NCBI GenBank assembly: GCA_040901985.1 | Contig: JBBDYC010000017.1 | Span: 1 to 64,000, forward strand | Direction: 5' to 3' | DNA length: 64,000 nt | From: Gemmatimonadaceae bacterium | GTDB taxonomy: Bacteria; Gemmatimonadota; Gemmatimonadetes; Gemmatimonadales; Gemmatimonadaceae | Shown: one piece after another, positions 49,026 to 60,191 of the stretch | Numbering within the stretch: position 1 is the stretch's first letter | Layout of the letters: every line of letters begins with the position of its first letter | Position numbers and translations under genes: made by a program | Notes under the pieces: model-generated | Databases searched by the model: none | Seen by the model: only the letters and a program-made list of their open reading frames with translations | What the model was told of the DNA's origin: nothing

Positions 49026-51446
49026 CTAGTCGGCGCGCATCGCGTCCGCCGGATCCACGCGCGTCGCCCGCCGCGCCGGGATGAAGCAGGCAATCATCCC
49101 GGTGATCGCGAGCACCGCCGCCACGCCGCCGAACACCGCCGGATCGAGCGGCTGGACGTCGAACAGGATCATCGTGAGCAGCCGCGAGATCCCCGCCGCG
49201 AGCAGCAGGCCGATGCCCAGCCCCAGCCCGAGCTGCCACGCGCCGTTATTGAAGATCAACCGCACCACGCGCCGCGGCGTTGCCCCGAGCGCCATCCGGA
49301 TCCCCACCTCGCGCGTCCGCCGGCTCACCGCGAAGGACATCACCGCGTACAGCCCGATGCTTGCGAGGAAGAGCGCGACGAGGCCGAAGATCATGAACAT
49401 CGTCCCGAAGACGCGGACGAACCAAAGCGGCTCGGCAATCGCTTCGTCGAGCGTCATCGACCAGTAGATCGGGAGGTCGGGATTGAGGGACGCGACGGCA
49501 TCCCGCACCGGCTGCGCCAGCGAGAGTGGCGGTCCCGGAGTGCGCGCGACGATGTACGCGAACGGTGTCCGGGCCTGGGCGAACGGGCGGAAGACGACGG
49601 CCGGGCGGGGGTCCTCGGGATCGCCGGCGAACACGTCCGGCACCACGCCGACGATCGTCAGCCAGGGCTGCGGGTTCTCGAGGCTGCCCAGCCGGACGCG
49701 CCGCCCGAGCGCGTCGCCGCCACTGAGGTGCTGGCGGACGAATCGCTCGTTGACGATGGCGACCGGGAGCGCACCGGCGCGGTCGCCGTCGGTGAAGAGG
49801 CGTCCCTGCCGCAACGGGATATCGAGCGCGGCAAAGAACCCCGGCGTGACGGAGGCGCCGCGCGTGTTCGGGAGGTCCTGCGTCCGTTCGTAGGTCGCGC
49901 CGTCGAGCGCAACCCGATTGCCGTTGAAGCCCTGCTGCGCGCCCGGGAGCCCGGACGCGACCGCCGCCGCGCGCACACCCGGGATCTCCCCCACGCGTTC
50001 GGCAAGCTGCGTAAAGAACTGCAGTTGGGCCACGGTGTCCGTATAGACGACCGGGAATCCCACTCGCGCCGTGAAGACGTCGGCGGAGGTGAATCCGGTG
50101 TCACGCGTCTGCGCCTTCGTTACGCTCTTGATCATCAGGCCGGCGGCGACGAGCAGCCCGCAGGAGAGCGCGATCTCGAACACCACCAGCACCTTGCTCA
50201 GCTTGCCGATCCGGAGACTCGACGCGCCGCGCGACTCGTCCTTCAGCACCTCGGCGATGTCCGACCGTGACGACTGGATGGCCGGGATCAGGCCGGCGAG
50301 GAGGGTGGCGAGGAGCGACACCCCGATCGCGAAGAGCAGGACCGGCGGGAAGAGCCGGATGTCAATGAACGACGGTGGGTCGGTGCTCACGATCGCCCGA
50401 TTGAACGCGTCAATCCCGACCTTGGCGAGCACGATGCCGAGCACCGCGCCGCCGACCGCGAGCAGGAGCGCCTCGGCGAGGAACATTCGCACCACCTGGC
50501 CACGCGAGGCGCCGAGCGCGGTGCGCACGCCAACTTCCTTGGAGCGGTGCGCCGCGCGGTCGAGAAGCAGGTTCGCCACGTTCGAGCAGGCGATCAGCAG
50601 CACGAAGAAGACCGCGCCCAGCATCGTCCAGAGCAGCTGCCGCGGCTCGTCGCCGATGAAGGCGTCAACGAACCCGGTCGAGTACGCCGTGTAGTCCTTG
50701 TTGGTCTCGGGGTGGTCCGCCGCCAGACGCGCGGCAATCGTCGCCATCTCGACGTTGGCATCGTCAATCGTCAGCCCCGCGCGCAACTTGCCGACGGTCT
50801 GCACGAACTGCCCGTCGCCCCGGCGGCCGACGAGTGGGTCGGTCTGCAGCGGCAACCAGAGCTGGCCGCCGTCGGGGAAGTCGAAATCCGGCGGCATCAC
50901 CCCGACGATCTCGTACGGCGCGCCGTTCACGCGCATCGAGGTGCCGAGCACCGACGCGGCGCCACCGAATCGCTCCTGCCACATCGCGTGCCCGAGAATG
51001 GCGACCTTGGCGCCGCCCGGTGCTGACTCGCCCTCGAGGAAATCCCGCCCGAGCAGCGGCCGGACCCCGGTCATTCCGAACACCCCGGCGGTGATCCACG
51101 TGCCGGCATACCGCTCCGCCCGCTCGGTGCCGGAGACGTTCATCGTGCCGCTGGTGTATGCGCCGAAAATCTCGAACGACCGCTGCTGGGCGCGATAGTC
51201 CGCAAAATCCTGGATCGGCAACGACTGTCGTTCGACGTTCTGGGCCGGATTCGACCGCCAGACGATCAGGATCTTGTCGCCGTCCGGATACGGCAGTCCA
51301 CGGAGCATCGCACCGTAGATGATGCTGAACATCATCGTCGTCAGCCCGATGCCGAACATCAGGGCGATCACGGACACGATGGTGAGGCCCGGGCTCTTGA
51401 TGAGCGTGCGGAGCCCGAGGCGGATGTCGCGAAACAGATGGTCCAT
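49026..51446 (-). CDS. ADOP-type duplicated ABC permease
   Basis: D.RLGLR.L.KSPG, LLIACSNVANLLL, RRTREVGIRMALGA, PARRATRVDP. Confidence 0.92.
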   Translation of the reverse strand: MDHLFRDIRLGLRTLIKSPGLTIVSVIALMFGIGLTTMMFSIIYGAMLRGLPYPDGDKILIVWRSNPAQNVERQSLPIQDFADYRAQQRSFEIFGAYTSGTMNVSGTERAERYAGTWITAGVFGMTGVRPLLGRDFLEGESAPGGAKVAILGHAMWQERFGGAASVLGTSMRVNGAPYEIVGVMPPDFDFPDGGQLWLPLQTDPLVGRRGDGQFVQTVGKLRAGLTIDDANVEMATIAARLAADHPETNKDYTAYSTGFVDAFIGDEPRQLLWTMLGAVFFVLLIACSNVANLLLDRAAHRSKEVGVRTALGASRGQVVRMFLAEALLLAVGGAVLGIVLAKVGIDAFNRAIVSTDPPSFIDIRLFPPVLLFAIGVSLLATLLAGLIPAIQSSRSDIAEVLKDESRGASSLRIGKLSKVLVVFEIALSCGLLVAAGLMIKSVTKAQTRDTGFTSADVFTARVGFPVVYTDTVAQLQFFTQLAERVGEIPGVRAAAVASGLPGAQQGFNGNRVALDGATYERTQDLPNTRGASVTPGFFAALDIPLRQGRLFTDGDRAGALPVAIVNERFVRQHLSGGDALGRRVRLGSLENPQPWLTIVGVVPDVFAGDPEDPRPAVVFRPFAQARTPFAYIVARTPGPPLSLAQPVRDAVASLNPDLPIYWSMTLDEAIAEPLWFVRVFGTMFMIFGLVALFLASIGLYAVMSFAVSRRTREVGIRMALGATPRRVVRLIFNNGAWQLGLGLGIGLLLAAGISRLLTMILFDVQPLDPAVFGGVAAVLAITGMIACFIPARRATRVDPADAMRAD

Positions 51447-51499
51447 TGGTCCGGGGTGCCGAGGTCTACCCGGCTTACGGCGCGCCCCCGGCGCGGGTT

Positions 51500-52162
51500 T
51501 CAGCCCTCGCCCTCCCGCGGGCGTCCGGCGCGCAGCTGGGCGAGCGACCGTGTCAGGTTGCGGCGCGCCGCCGTCTCGTACCGGTCGTGGAAGTATGGCG
51601 TGCCGAAGATGCTGGGGCGTCGCAGCAGCGCCTCGAGAATCGTCGCCCGTCGTTCGCGGAAGGGTTGGTCCGGCACCCACGCATATTCGGCGCGGATCTG
51701 CCGCTCGTACTCGTCGAATCGCTCGTCACTCGCCCCGAGGATCGCGAGGTCCACGTCGCAGAGGAGGCGCGCATCGGGGTCACTCGGCGCCTCGTCGTGC
51801 CGCGTCGCCATCACCAGCGCGCTCACGCGCTCCACCACCTCGCGCGCGAGCCCCGCGTCGGCGGCGACTTGGGCGGCCCAGGCGGCACTCCGCTGCTCGT
51901 TGTCGCCGTGCGCCGGATCGTAAATCGCGTCGTGGAACCAAAGCGCGAGTTCCACCTCGTCAGGGCGCACCGCGAAGCGGCGCACGCCGTCCAGATGCGC
52001 CAGGCAATCGCGGAGGTGCGCGAGGCCGTGGTACGACCGCTGGTCCGCGGCGTAGTGTGCGACCAGCTCCTGGAACGCCTCGACCGGGACTCGCCTGACG
52101 GAAAGGCGGGACCAGAGTGCGTCCCAGGCGTCGCTGAGGTCGTGGTGCGCGCGCTCGGTCAT
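51500..52162 (-). CDS. HD-superfamily phosphohydrolase (COG4339-like)
   Basis: RSYHGLAH, WFHDAIYD, NEQRSA, DVDLAILG, IRAEY. Confidence 0.88.
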   Translation of the reverse strand: MTERAHHDLSDAWDALWSRLSVRRVPVEAFQELVAHYAADQRSYHGLAHLRDCLAHLDGVRRFAVRPDEVELALWFHDAIYDPAHGDNEQRSAAWAAQVAADAGLAREVVERVSALVMATRHDEAPSDPDARLLCDVDLAILGASDERFDEYERQIRAEYAWVPDQPFRERRATILEALLRRPSIFGTPYFHDRYETAARRNLTRSLAQLRAGRPREGEG

Positions 52163-52274
52163 CGGTCCCTGTCGGACAGGGCGACGGCCAGACTCGCGCG
52201 CAGCAACCGCTGGGAATCCCGCATCGATTGAAGCTCCGTCGGGGGGTGTACGCCGCCCTTCCGTCACCGGCCAC

Positions 52275-52300
52275 TGCAACAAGGTTGCACCGCGCGCGTA
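52275..52300 (+). promoter_or_regulatory. Putative ECF-sigma promoter upstream of rhomboid gene
   Basis: TGCAAC-N16-CGTA; the -35 element is half of palindrome TGCAAC-AAG-GTTGCA. Confidence 0.5.
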
Positions 52301-52366
52301 GGAATTCCCATAGGTTACGCCCACCCGCGCCCGGCTTGAAATGCGAACGCTCCCGCTCGCCGCCGA

Positions 52367-52960
52367 ATGACGCACCTCACACCGACGATCCAGCGCCCGC
52401 GGTCGTTGGGCGCCGCCATCCGGACGCACGCCACCGTCCTCGGCGCGTCGCTCACGTCGGTGTGGGCGGGCTTCGGCGCCGACCGGATCGTCGGCGGCGC
52501 GCTCCTCCCCTACGGGGTCCAGCCGCGGTCGCTGACCGGGCTGCGCGGCGTCCTCCTGGCGCCGTTCCTGCACGCGAATTTCGCGCACCTGGTCTCGAAC
52601 ACCGTGCCGCTCGTGCTGCTCGGCTGGCTCGTGATGTGGCGCGACGCGCGGCACTTCATCCCGGTCACGCTGCTCGCGATGCTCGGCGCTGGCCTGCTGC
52701 CCTGGCTGATCGGCGCGCCGGGCAGCGTACATATCGGCGCCAGCGGCGTCGTCTTCGGCTACCTCGGGTTCCTGATCCTGGCCGGCTGGTTTGCCCGCAG
52801 CGCGACGGCCATCGCGCTCAGCCTGATCGTCACCGCCGTCTGGGGCGGGCTGGTCCTCGGCGTGCTCCCGGGCCAACCGGGAATCAGCTGGGAGGCACAC
52901 TTCGGCGGATTCATCGGCGGGGCGCTGGCGGCGAAGTGGCTGGCACCGCGACGGAGCTGA
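52367..52960 (+). CDS. Rhomboid intramembrane serine protease
   Basis: APFLH..FAHL.SN, HIGASG, SWEAHFGG. Confidence 0.93.
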   Translation: MTHLTPTIQRPRSLGAAIRTHATVLGASLTSVWAGFGADRIVGGALLPYGVQPRSLTGLRGVLLAPFLHANFAHLVSNTVPLVLLGWLVMWRDARHFIPVTLLAMLGAGLLPWLIGAPGSVHIGASGVVFGYLGFLILAGWFARSATAIALSLIVTAVWGGLVLGVLPGQPGISWEAHFGGFIGGALAAKWLAPRRS

Positions 52961-52975
52961 CCGGCGCCCGACCGA

Positions 52976-54172
52976 TCAGCCGGACGCCTTGCGTCGGCAG
53001 AATCGCCTTGTTGCCTCGGCAAAGATCCGCACGCCGGTCTCGAGCGCGCGCTCGTCAATGTCAAACCGCGGATGGTGGTGCGGATGGACGATCCCGGCAG
53101 CGGCGTTCCCCGCCCCGATGAAGAAGAAGGTCCCCGGCGCCTTTTGGAGGAACGCCGAGAAATCCTCGCCCCCCATCGTCGGCCGCAGCGTCACGAGCAC
53201 GTCCTCGCCGCAGACCGCCTCGACGACCGCCGCCAGTTCGCGCGTGACCTCGGCGTCGTTGATCACCGGTCGGTAGCCGCGTTCATACGTGAACTCGTAC
53301 GTGGCTCCGTGGGCCTCGGTGACACCGCGAATGATCCGCTCCATCACCTGGGGGATCCGCGTCCGGAGCTCCGCATCCGCCGTGCGCACGGTGCCGTTCA
53401 GCTCGGCGACCTCGGGAATCACGTTGTGCGCCGTCCCGGCGTGGAACTGCGTGACGCTCACCACCGCGCTGTCGAGCGGATCCACGCCGCGCGAGACGAT
53501 CTGCTGGAGGTTCGTCACGACCTGCGCGCCTACCGCCACCGGGTCCACCGCCTGCTGGGGGATTGCCGCGTGCCCACCCTTGCCGCGCACGGTGATCCAG
53601 AAGGTGTCGGGCGCTGCCATCGCCGCCCCCTCGATCACGCCGACCTTCCCGACCTCCAGCGACGCCCAGAGGTGCGCGCCGATCACCCGTGCGACGCCGT
53701 CCATCACCCCCAGTTGCACCATCTCCTCGGCACCGCCCGGAAAGATCTCCTCGGCGTGCTGGAAGATGAATCGCACCTCGCCGGCGAGCGACTCCCGCTC
53801 GGCAAGCAGCTGCCGCGCCGCACCGAGCAGCATCGCCGTGTGGCCATCGTGGCCGCAGGCGTGCATCACGCCCGTGTTGGCGCTGGCGAATGGGAGTCCG
53901 GTCGTCTCGGTGATCGCCAGCGCATCCATATCGGCGCGGATTGCAAGCACCGACCCCGGCCGACCGGTGACGAGACGCGCCAACACGCTTGTCGCGGTCG
54001 GGCGCGAGATCTCGAGGCCGCCGAATCCGGCCAGCCTATCGTGCACGAACTGCGCGGTCTGTTCCTCGTGAAACGACAGCTCGGGATGCCGGTGCAGGTG
54101 GCGGCGCCACTCAATGACCTGCTCGCGCAGCGCCGGCACGGGACCGCTGTCTGCGGTGGGCAGGGGCGTCAT
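52976..54172 (-). CDS. M20D amidohydrolase
   Basis: RRHLHRHPELSF, RADMDAL, MHACGHDGH, AEE, GGEDFS, PHHHPRF. Confidence 0.93.
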   Translation of the reverse strand: MTPLPTADSGPVPALREQVIEWRRHLHRHPELSFHEEQTAQFVHDRLAGFGGLEISRPTATSVLARLVTGRPGSVLAIRADMDALAITETTGLPFASANTGVMHACGHDGHTAMLLGAARQLLAERESLAGEVRFIFQHAEEIFPGGAEEMVQLGVMDGVARVIGAHLWASLEVGKVGVIEGAAMAAPDTFWITVRGKGGHAAIPQQAVDPVAVGAQVVTNLQQIVSRGVDPLDSAVVSVTQFHAGTAHNVIPEVAELNGTVRTADAELRTRIPQVMERIIRGVTEAHGATYEFTYERGYRPVINDAEVTRELAAVVEAVCGEDVLVTLRPTMGGEDFSAFLQKAPGTFFFIGAGNAAAGIVHPHHHPRFDIDERALETGVRIFAEATRRFCRRKASG

Positions 54173-54355
54173 GCGGTGGCTGGGCTGGCTTTCCTGGCGG
54201 CGAGCGCGAGGGCAATGTGTCCGACGAACACGGTGGCTCCGCTGAGGGGACTCCCCCAAGCTTAGGGCACGCCCCGTCATTCTGCGACTGGGGGCACTGC
54301 CAGCGCCCAGCGGCTGGACCGCGTAGAGTTCGTTGTCCCCCTTTCCCACGAGACG

Positions 54356-55015
54356 ATGCCAGCTTTCAGGTCGTTCGCGCCCGCCGCGCTCCTTTTCTAC
54401 CGGCAGCCGGAAGGGGGCGGCGGCGGATTCGGCGACCCACGCAACCGCCGCTACCAGACCACGGAGTCGCGCTTCAACACCCTGCTCCTGATGGGAGAGG
54501 CGATGGTCGAATGGCAGGAGGTCGACCATCCGCAGTTCGGGCGCATCGAGGTCGGCGGGATGAAGAAGAACTTCGGCCGGGTCGAACCGGGCTTCCTGCT
54601 CCAGTCCGACGCGCACCGGAACATGATGTTCACGCTCTTCCAGACGTCACAGATGCCGCTGGTCGAGGTGGATTCGGTGACGACGCGGCCCCTCGGCGGT
54701 GGGTTGACCGAGGTGACGGCAGTCGTGGTGAATCGGCGGATTGCGCCGACGCATACGCAGCAGGATGTCGAAAACCGCATCTCGCGGCCCAACCTGATCA
54801 CGCTCACCGGCGGTCGCGTGGTCGCCGGATTCGTGATTGACAACCCGCTCAGCGGCGACGCGACGGAGCAGAAGCGCGACCCGGCGACGATCCGCGTCGC
54901 GAACATCCCCGGTCAGGGGATCGTGCGGGTGCGATGGATCGTGCAGGGGGCGGGCCCGTACACGGTGACTGCCGACTCGCCGAAGGGCGGAGTGGCGACG
55001 GGCCGCTCGCGGTAA
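54356..55015 (+). pseudogene. M14-peptidase C-terminal region joined to a truncated signal peptide; catalytic domain missing
   Basis: MPAFRSFAPAALL joins directly to FYRQ...DHPQFGRIEVGGMKKNFGR..PGFLLQSDAHRNM, recognised as an M14 C-terminal segment; no HxxE zinc motif. Confidence 0.55.
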
Positions 55016-55028
55016 GGCGGGAGCGACG

Positions 55029-57536
55029 CTAGACGACGATGCTGAGCAGTCGTCCCGGGACGAGGATGACCTTCTTCGGCTCGCCGGTGATGAACTTCGC
55101 GATCCCCGCATCGGCGCGCGCCGCGGCGAGGGCCTCGTCCGACGTCACCGTCGTCGGGACGGTGACCTTGCCGCGCGTCTTCCCGCCGACCTGCACCACG
55201 AGTTCCACCGTTTCGCGCGCGAGGAGCGACGGGTCGAACGCCGGCCACCGCGAGTCGAAGACACCCGTCCGGTGGCCGAGCATCTCCCAGAGCTCCTCGG
55301 CGATGTGCGGCGCGAAGGGCGCCACCAGCTGGACAAGCGGCTCCACCTCGGCGCGGTGCGGGGTGCGTTCACCGCGGCGCAACGTGTTCATGTACTCCAT
55401 CATCGCCGCGATCGCCGTGTTGTAGCTCAGCGCGGGGATGTCCCCACCGACCTTCTTGATCGTCGCGTGGAGCTTGCGCTGCACCTCGTCATCGGCGGCG
55501 CCCTCGTCGCTGCAGTCGCGCACCGACGCCCAGAGGCGGTCGAGGAACCGCCGGACCCCGCTGATCCCCGCATCGCGGAAATCCCCGCCCTCCTCGAACG
55601 GCCCCAGGAACATCAGGTAGGTGCGGAAGGCGTCGGCGCCCCACTCGTCGATGTACTCGTCGGGATTCACCACATTTCCCTTTGACTTCGACATCTTCGC
55701 GCCGTCGCGGATGATCAACCCGTGCGCACGGAAGCGCGTGAACGGCTCCTCGAAGTCGAGCCGGCCCGCGTCGTGCAGCACCATCGTGATGAAGCGCGCA
55801 TAGAGCAGGTGCAGCACGGCGTGCTCGTTTCCGCCGATGTACGTCGTCACCGGCAGCCACTTGCGGGTGAGGGCCGGATCGAAGGCCACGTCGTCGCGCG
55901 GCACGCTCGGGTAGCGCAGGAAGTACCATGCGCTGTCGAGAAATGTGTCGCTGACGTCGGTCTCGCGGCGCGCCAGCTTCCCGCAGCGCGGACAGGGCAC
56001 GCGGTACCACTGCTCGTGCCGCGCCAGCGGCGACACGCCCGAGTCATCTGGCTTGAAGTCGGCGACATTCGGCAGTACCACCGGCAGCTGGTCCTCGGGC
56101 ACCGGCACCGTGCCGCAGGCGTCGCAGTAGATGATCGGGATCGGCGGACCCCAGTAGCGCTGCCGGGAGATGCACCAGTCGTGCAGGCGATAGTGCGTCA
56201 CCGGCTCGCCGGCGCGGCGCGCGGCGAGCCAAGCGCTGACCTTCGGGATGGCCTCACTCACGCCGAGTCCGTCGAACTCCCCGGAGTTCACCAGGACGCC
56301 GTCCCCAGGGTAGGCACCGTCGGCCAACGGCGTCCTCGCGGTCTGCCCCTCGCCGGCGACGACCCGCTCGATCGGCAGCTCGAACTTCGTCGCGAACTCG
56401 AAGTCGCGCTCGTCGTGCCCCGGCACCGCCATGATCGCGCCGGTGCCGTATTCCATCAGCACATAGTCGGCGATCCAGACGGGGATCATCTCCCCGGTGG
56501 CCGGATTCACCGCGTATGCCCCGGTGAACTCGCCCGTCTTCTCCCTGTTCGTCCGGCGCGTAACGAGGTCCTGCCGGGCCGCACGGGCGCGGTAGTCGGC
56601 CACCACGCCCGCCTGCATCGGCGCGGTGATCTCGTCCACCAGCGGATGCTCCGGCGCGAGCACCAGATAGGTCGCGCCGAAGATCGTGTCCGGGCGCGTG
56701 GTGAACACCTCGATCTCGGTGCCGCCGGTGCGCACCTCGGTCGTCACCGCCACCACAGAGCTCCCGGCGTCGGTCAGCGGATCGAGGACGCGGAAGCGGA
56801 TCCGCGCACCGTCGGAGCGGCCAATCCAGTTCCGTTGCGCCTGCAGCGTCGTCGCCGACCAGTCGAGCGTGTCGAGATTCCCCAGCAGGCGCCCGGCGTA
56901 GTCCGAGATGCGGAAGAACCACTGCTCAAGGAAGCGCTGCTCGACCATCGCGCCGCAGCGCTCGCAGCGGCCGTCCACGACCTGCTCGTTGGCGAGCACC
57001 GTCTTGTCCGACGGACACCAGTTCACGGCCGCCGCCTTCTTGTAGGCGAGCCCCTGCTTGTAGAGCTGCAGGAAAAGCCACTGGGTCCACCTGTAGTAGG
57101 CCGGGTCGGTCGTGTCCACCGAGCGCGACCAGTCGGCCATCAGCCCGGCGCGGTCGAGCTGGCGACGGAAATTGGCGATGTTGCGCGGAATCAGCTCCAT
57201 CGGATGCACGCCGACCTTCAGCGCGTGGTTTTCCGAGTGGATCCCGAACGCGTCGTAGCCGAGCGGCTCGAACACCGTCCGGCCTTGCAAGCGCTGGAAC
57301 CGGGCGTAGATATCACATCCGGTGAACGCGAAGAGGTTCCCGACGTGCAGTCCCTCGGCAGAGGGGTACGGGAACATCATCAGGGCGTAGTACGGCCGCT
57401 CGCCGTGCTCGAGGTCGGTCTGGTGCGTGCCGCGGTCGGCCCAACGCTTCCGCCAGCGCCCCTCGACCACCGAGGGGTCGTAGCCGAGTGGCTCTGGAGC
57501 GGACCCAAAGGATGTGGTCGGAACGGAAGCTGTCAT
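55029..57536 (-). CDS. leuS: Leucyl-tRNA synthetase
   Basis: [50 protein letters not shown]. Confidence 0.98.
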   Translation of the reverse strand: MTASVPTTSFGSAPEPLGYDPSVVEGRWRKRWADRGTHQTDLEHGERPYYALMMFPYPSAEGLHVGNLFAFTGCDIYARFQRLQGRTVFEPLGYDAFGIHSENHALKVGVHPMELIPRNIANFRRQLDRAGLMADWSRSVDTTDPAYYRWTQWLFLQLYKQGLAYKKAAAVNWCPSDKTVLANEQVVDGRCERCGAMVEQRFLEQWFFRISDYAGRLLGNLDTLDWSATTLQAQRNWIGRSDGARIRFRVLDPLTDAGSSVVAVTTEVRTGGTEIEVFTTRPDTIFGATYLVLAPEHPLVDEITAPMQAGVVADYRARAARQDLVTRRTNREKTGEFTGAYAVNPATGEMIPVWIADYVLMEYGTGAIMAVPGHDERDFEFATKFELPIERVVAGEGQTARTPLADGAYPGDGVLVNSGEFDGLGVSEAIPKVSAWLAARRAGEPVTHYRLHDWCISRQRYWGPPIPIIYCDACGTVPVPEDQLPVVLPNVADFKPDDSGVSPLARHEQWYRVPCPRCGKLARRETDVSDTFLDSAWYFLRYPSVPRDDVAFDPALTRKWLPVTTYIGGNEHAVLHLLYARFITMVLHDAGRLDFEEPFTRFRAHGLIIRDGAKMSKSKGNVVNPDEYIDEWGADAFRTYLMFLGPFEEGGDFRDAGISGVRRFLDRLWASVRDCSDEGAADDEVQRKLHATIKKVGGDIPALSYNTAIAAMMEYMNTLRRGERTPHRAEVEPLVQLVAPFAPHIAEELWEMLGHRTGVFDSRWPAFDPSLLARETVELVVQVGGKTRGKVTVPTTVTSDEALAAARADAGIAKFITGEPKKVILVPGRLLSIVV

Positions 57537-57610
57537 CGTCTGTGGAAGGGAATCTGATCAATTTAGCGGCCCCGGACCCGGGAACCAACACGCCCGCCGC
57601 GCCCGAGCGG

Positions 57611-58909
57611 GTGCGGACGCACATCATCGACCGGCTCACGAGCTGGGCGGCGATCGCGGGCATCGGCGGCTTCCTCCTCCTCGCGGTGCTCCGCTGGGAC
57701 CAGGTGGCCGCCCTCGTCGCGGCGGGCCACCTCTGGCTGCTGGTCGGTCTCGGGCTCGCGATCGCCGTCGCGGCTTCCGCGCTCGTCTTCCGCCTCGTCA
57801 TCTCGCCGGTCGTCGGCAATCAGTTGCGTGGCCTCGCCGACGTCGCCGAGGCGATCGCCGGTGGGGACCTGACACAGACGCCCGAAGCGGCGCGGGAAGG
57901 CGGCCAGCTCGGACGTCTCGCCCGCGCAATGATCGAGATGACTGGGACGCTCCGCCGCCTCGCCACGCTGATCCGCGACAACGCCGCCGAGACGGCGCAG
58001 CGGTCCACCGAGATCACGGCGAGCACCGAGCACATGGCCCAGGCCGCCTCGTCAATCGCCGAGACGGCGAGCGGGCTCAGCCATCAGGCGACGACGATGG
58101 CGGACACGATCCGTGCGCTGGCGCTCGACGCCAACCGGTTGACTGCCGTCGCCTCGACGGTCTCGACCGGCGCCGCCGAGGGCATCGCGCGGAACCAACG
58201 GCTGAAGGCGCTGGCCACCGAGAATCACGAGATCCTCAACGAGAGCGCGCGCCGTCTCGATGAACTCAACGAGGACGTGCAGGAGACCGCTCGGGCCGCG
58301 GAATCGCTCGCCACGGCGTCGGACCAGATCCGCGGGTTCGTGACGCTGGTGCAGAAGATCGCCCGCCAGTCGAAGCTGCTCGCCCTCAATGCGGCGATGG
58401 AGGCCTCGCGTGCCGGCGAGCACGGCGATGGATTCACCGTGGTTGCCAATGAAGTGCGCCGCCTCGCCCAGGGCACGTCGGAGGCCGCCGAGCACACCGA
58501 CCAGCTGATGAAGGAGCTGATCGCGCAGATGGAGATGGCCCGCGAGTCGAGTGCGCGGTCGCTGTCGACCGTCGAGACCGTGCGTGGCGCCACGGCGCGC
58601 GGGCGCCAGGCATTCACCCAGGTCGAGCGCGCCGTGGGCGAGGCCGACCAGTGGGTCGGCACGATGGCGTCATCGGCGGCCGCCGGAAACAACCTTGCGG
58701 TCGAGATCACCCAGAAGCTCGGCACCCTCTCCGATGGCACGCAGGCCTTTGCCAGTTCGATGCACGATGTTGCCGCGGCGAGCCAGGAGCAGAGCGCGAG
58801 CACCGAGGAGATTGCCGCCGCCGCCAACGCCCTCGCCGCCGCCGCCGATCGGGTCAGCGGAACGGCAGCGAGCTTCCGCACCGGGGAGCACCGCGCAAGA
58901 AAGGGGTGA
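57611..58909 (+). CDS. Methyl-accepting chemotaxis protein
   Basis: Two TM helices, [35 protein letters not shown]; start uncertain (57542 or 57611). Confidence 0.9.
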   Translation: MRTHIIDRLTSWAAIAGIGGFLLLAVLRWDQVAALVAAGHLWLLVGLGLAIAVAASALVFRLVISPVVGNQLRGLADVAEAIAGGDLTQTPEAAREGGQLGRLARAMIEMTGTLRRLATLIRDNAAETAQRSTEITASTEHMAQAASSIAETASGLSHQATTMADTIRALALDANRLTAVASTVSTGAAEGIARNQRLKALATENHEILNESARRLDELNEDVQETARAAESLATASDQIRGFVTLVQKIARQSKLLALNAAMEASRAGEHGDGFTVVANEVRRLAQGTSEAAEHTDQLMKELIAQMEMARESSARSLSTVETVRGATARGRQAFTQVERAVGEADQWVGTMASSAAAGNNLAVEITQKLGTLSDGTQAFASSMHDVAAASQEQSASTEEIAAAANALAAAADRVSGTAASFRTGEHRARKG

Positions 58910-59003
58910 GGTGGGAGGTGCGAGGTGTACGGGTTGAGGTCCAAGAGGGGCGCCAGGCAGGTCCAGGTGCCCCCTCACACCTCACCCCTCACCCCTCACC
59001 CCT
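58903..59003. repeat. Inverted heptamer tandem-repeat element between convergent genes
   Basis: GGTGAGG TGGGAGG TGCGAGG ... CCTCACA CCTCACC CCTCACC CCTCACC. Confidence 0.8.
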
Positions 59004-59006
59004 GCC

Positions 59007-60077
59007 TCACCGTGGTCTCTCCGACCGGGCGAATAAGTACGCGCACGGCTCCACGCGCGCCCCGCGCTCGTCGCATACCGCGAACCGCGCGCCCTCATAG
59101 AGCGCCGCGCCAGCGTAGCGCCCGTCCTTTGCCAGCGCGTAGAACTGCAGGTCGAACCGCGGCCGGCCGCGCGAGTCGAGCAGCCGCGATTCGGTCATCG
59201 CCACCACACGCTCGAGCGTCTTGAGCGCCGCCGCCTGCGGCGCGAGGCCCTGGCGAAGGAACTCCACCGTCAGGAAGGCCCCGCACACCTTGATGTTTGC
59301 CTCGCCGCGCCCCGTTGAGCCCGCCGCGCCCACGGTGTTGTCGCAGTATTGGCCCGCCCCGATGATCGGCGAGTCGCCGACGCGGCCCGGGACCTTCCAC
59401 CCCATCCCGCTCGTCGTCGTCACCGAGCTGATGTCCCCCGCCGCGTCCACCGCGTTCATGTTGATCGTGCCGCTCGTGAACCTGATGTCCACGTCGCCGG
59501 TGTAGTCGAGATACGCATCGGTCGGATTCCGGGTTGCCCGCCAGCGCAGCCAGTCCTGGCGCGTCTTGTCGGTCAGCAGGTCCTGTGTCTTGAATCCCAT
59601 CTCCACCGCGAAGCGCCGCGCATCGCTGCCGACAAGCAGGATGTGGTCGGTGTAGTCCATCACCGCCTTGGCGACGAGACTCGGCGTCGCGATGTCCTCG
59701 AGGCAGCCGACCGCTCCGGCGCGACGGGTCGGACCGTGCATGCAGCTCGCGTCGAGTTGGACGACGCCCGCGGCGTTCGGGAGGCCTCCGAGGCCCACCG
59801 ACTGATCGTCCGGATCGAGTTCCTGGATGTTCACGCCGGCGACGATCGCGTCGAGCGTGTCGCGCCCCGCCACGATCTGGTCGTAGGCGACCCTGACGCC
59901 GCGCAGGCCGTTGGCGGAGGCAACGACCGTGGGCCGGGCCCGGCGGGCAATCGGTCCGGCTGCGCCAGCGGCGCCGGCAGCCCCGGCGGCCCCGACGAAG
60001 CGGGGCGCAAGGGACGAGGCAGCGACGGCGGCTGCGGCAGCGGCAAGGAAGTCGCGGCGAGAGGGCGGTGTGGGCAT
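59007..60077 (-). CDS. Tat-exported N4-(beta-N-acetylglucosaminyl)-L-asparaginase (Ntn hydrolase)
   Basis: SRRDFL Tat motif; SVGLGGLPN, LDASCM, G-TI nucleophile, GRVGDSPIIGAG, TGRGE. Confidence 0.9.
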   Translation of the reverse strand: MPTPPSRRDFLAAAAAAVAASSLAPRFVGAAGAAGAAGAAGPIARRARPTVVASANGLRGVRVAYDQIVAGRDTLDAIVAGVNIQELDPDDQSVGLGGLPNAAGVVQLDASCMHGPTRRAGAVGCLEDIATPSLVAKAVMDYTDHILLVGSDARRFAVEMGFKTQDLLTDKTRQDWLRWRATRNPTDAYLDYTGDVDIRFTSGTINMNAVDAAGDISSVTTTSGMGWKVPGRVGDSPIIGAGQYCDNTVGAAGSTGRGEANIKVCGAFLTVEFLRQGLAPQAAALKTLERVVAMTESRLLDSRGRPRFDLQFYALAKDGRYAGAALYEGARFAVCDERGARVEPCAYLFARSERPR

Positions 60078-60191
60078 CGGAGTCCTGGCGGAAGGGGAGG
60101 TCGCCCGAAGCTACCGCGCCGTGCCCTCGGGCGTGAGGCGGACCGTTCACCGAGGTCCCGGGCGGGCGCGCGAAGTGTAACTTTCAGCCAT

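Noticed and set aside
57537..57610. T-box leader for leuS
   Set aside because: Too short and no T-box sequence
59953..59994. GAAGAAGAAGAAG repeat in the asparaginase N-terminus
   Set aside because: Low-complexity linker after the Tat signal with synonymous codon variation, not a DNA repeat element
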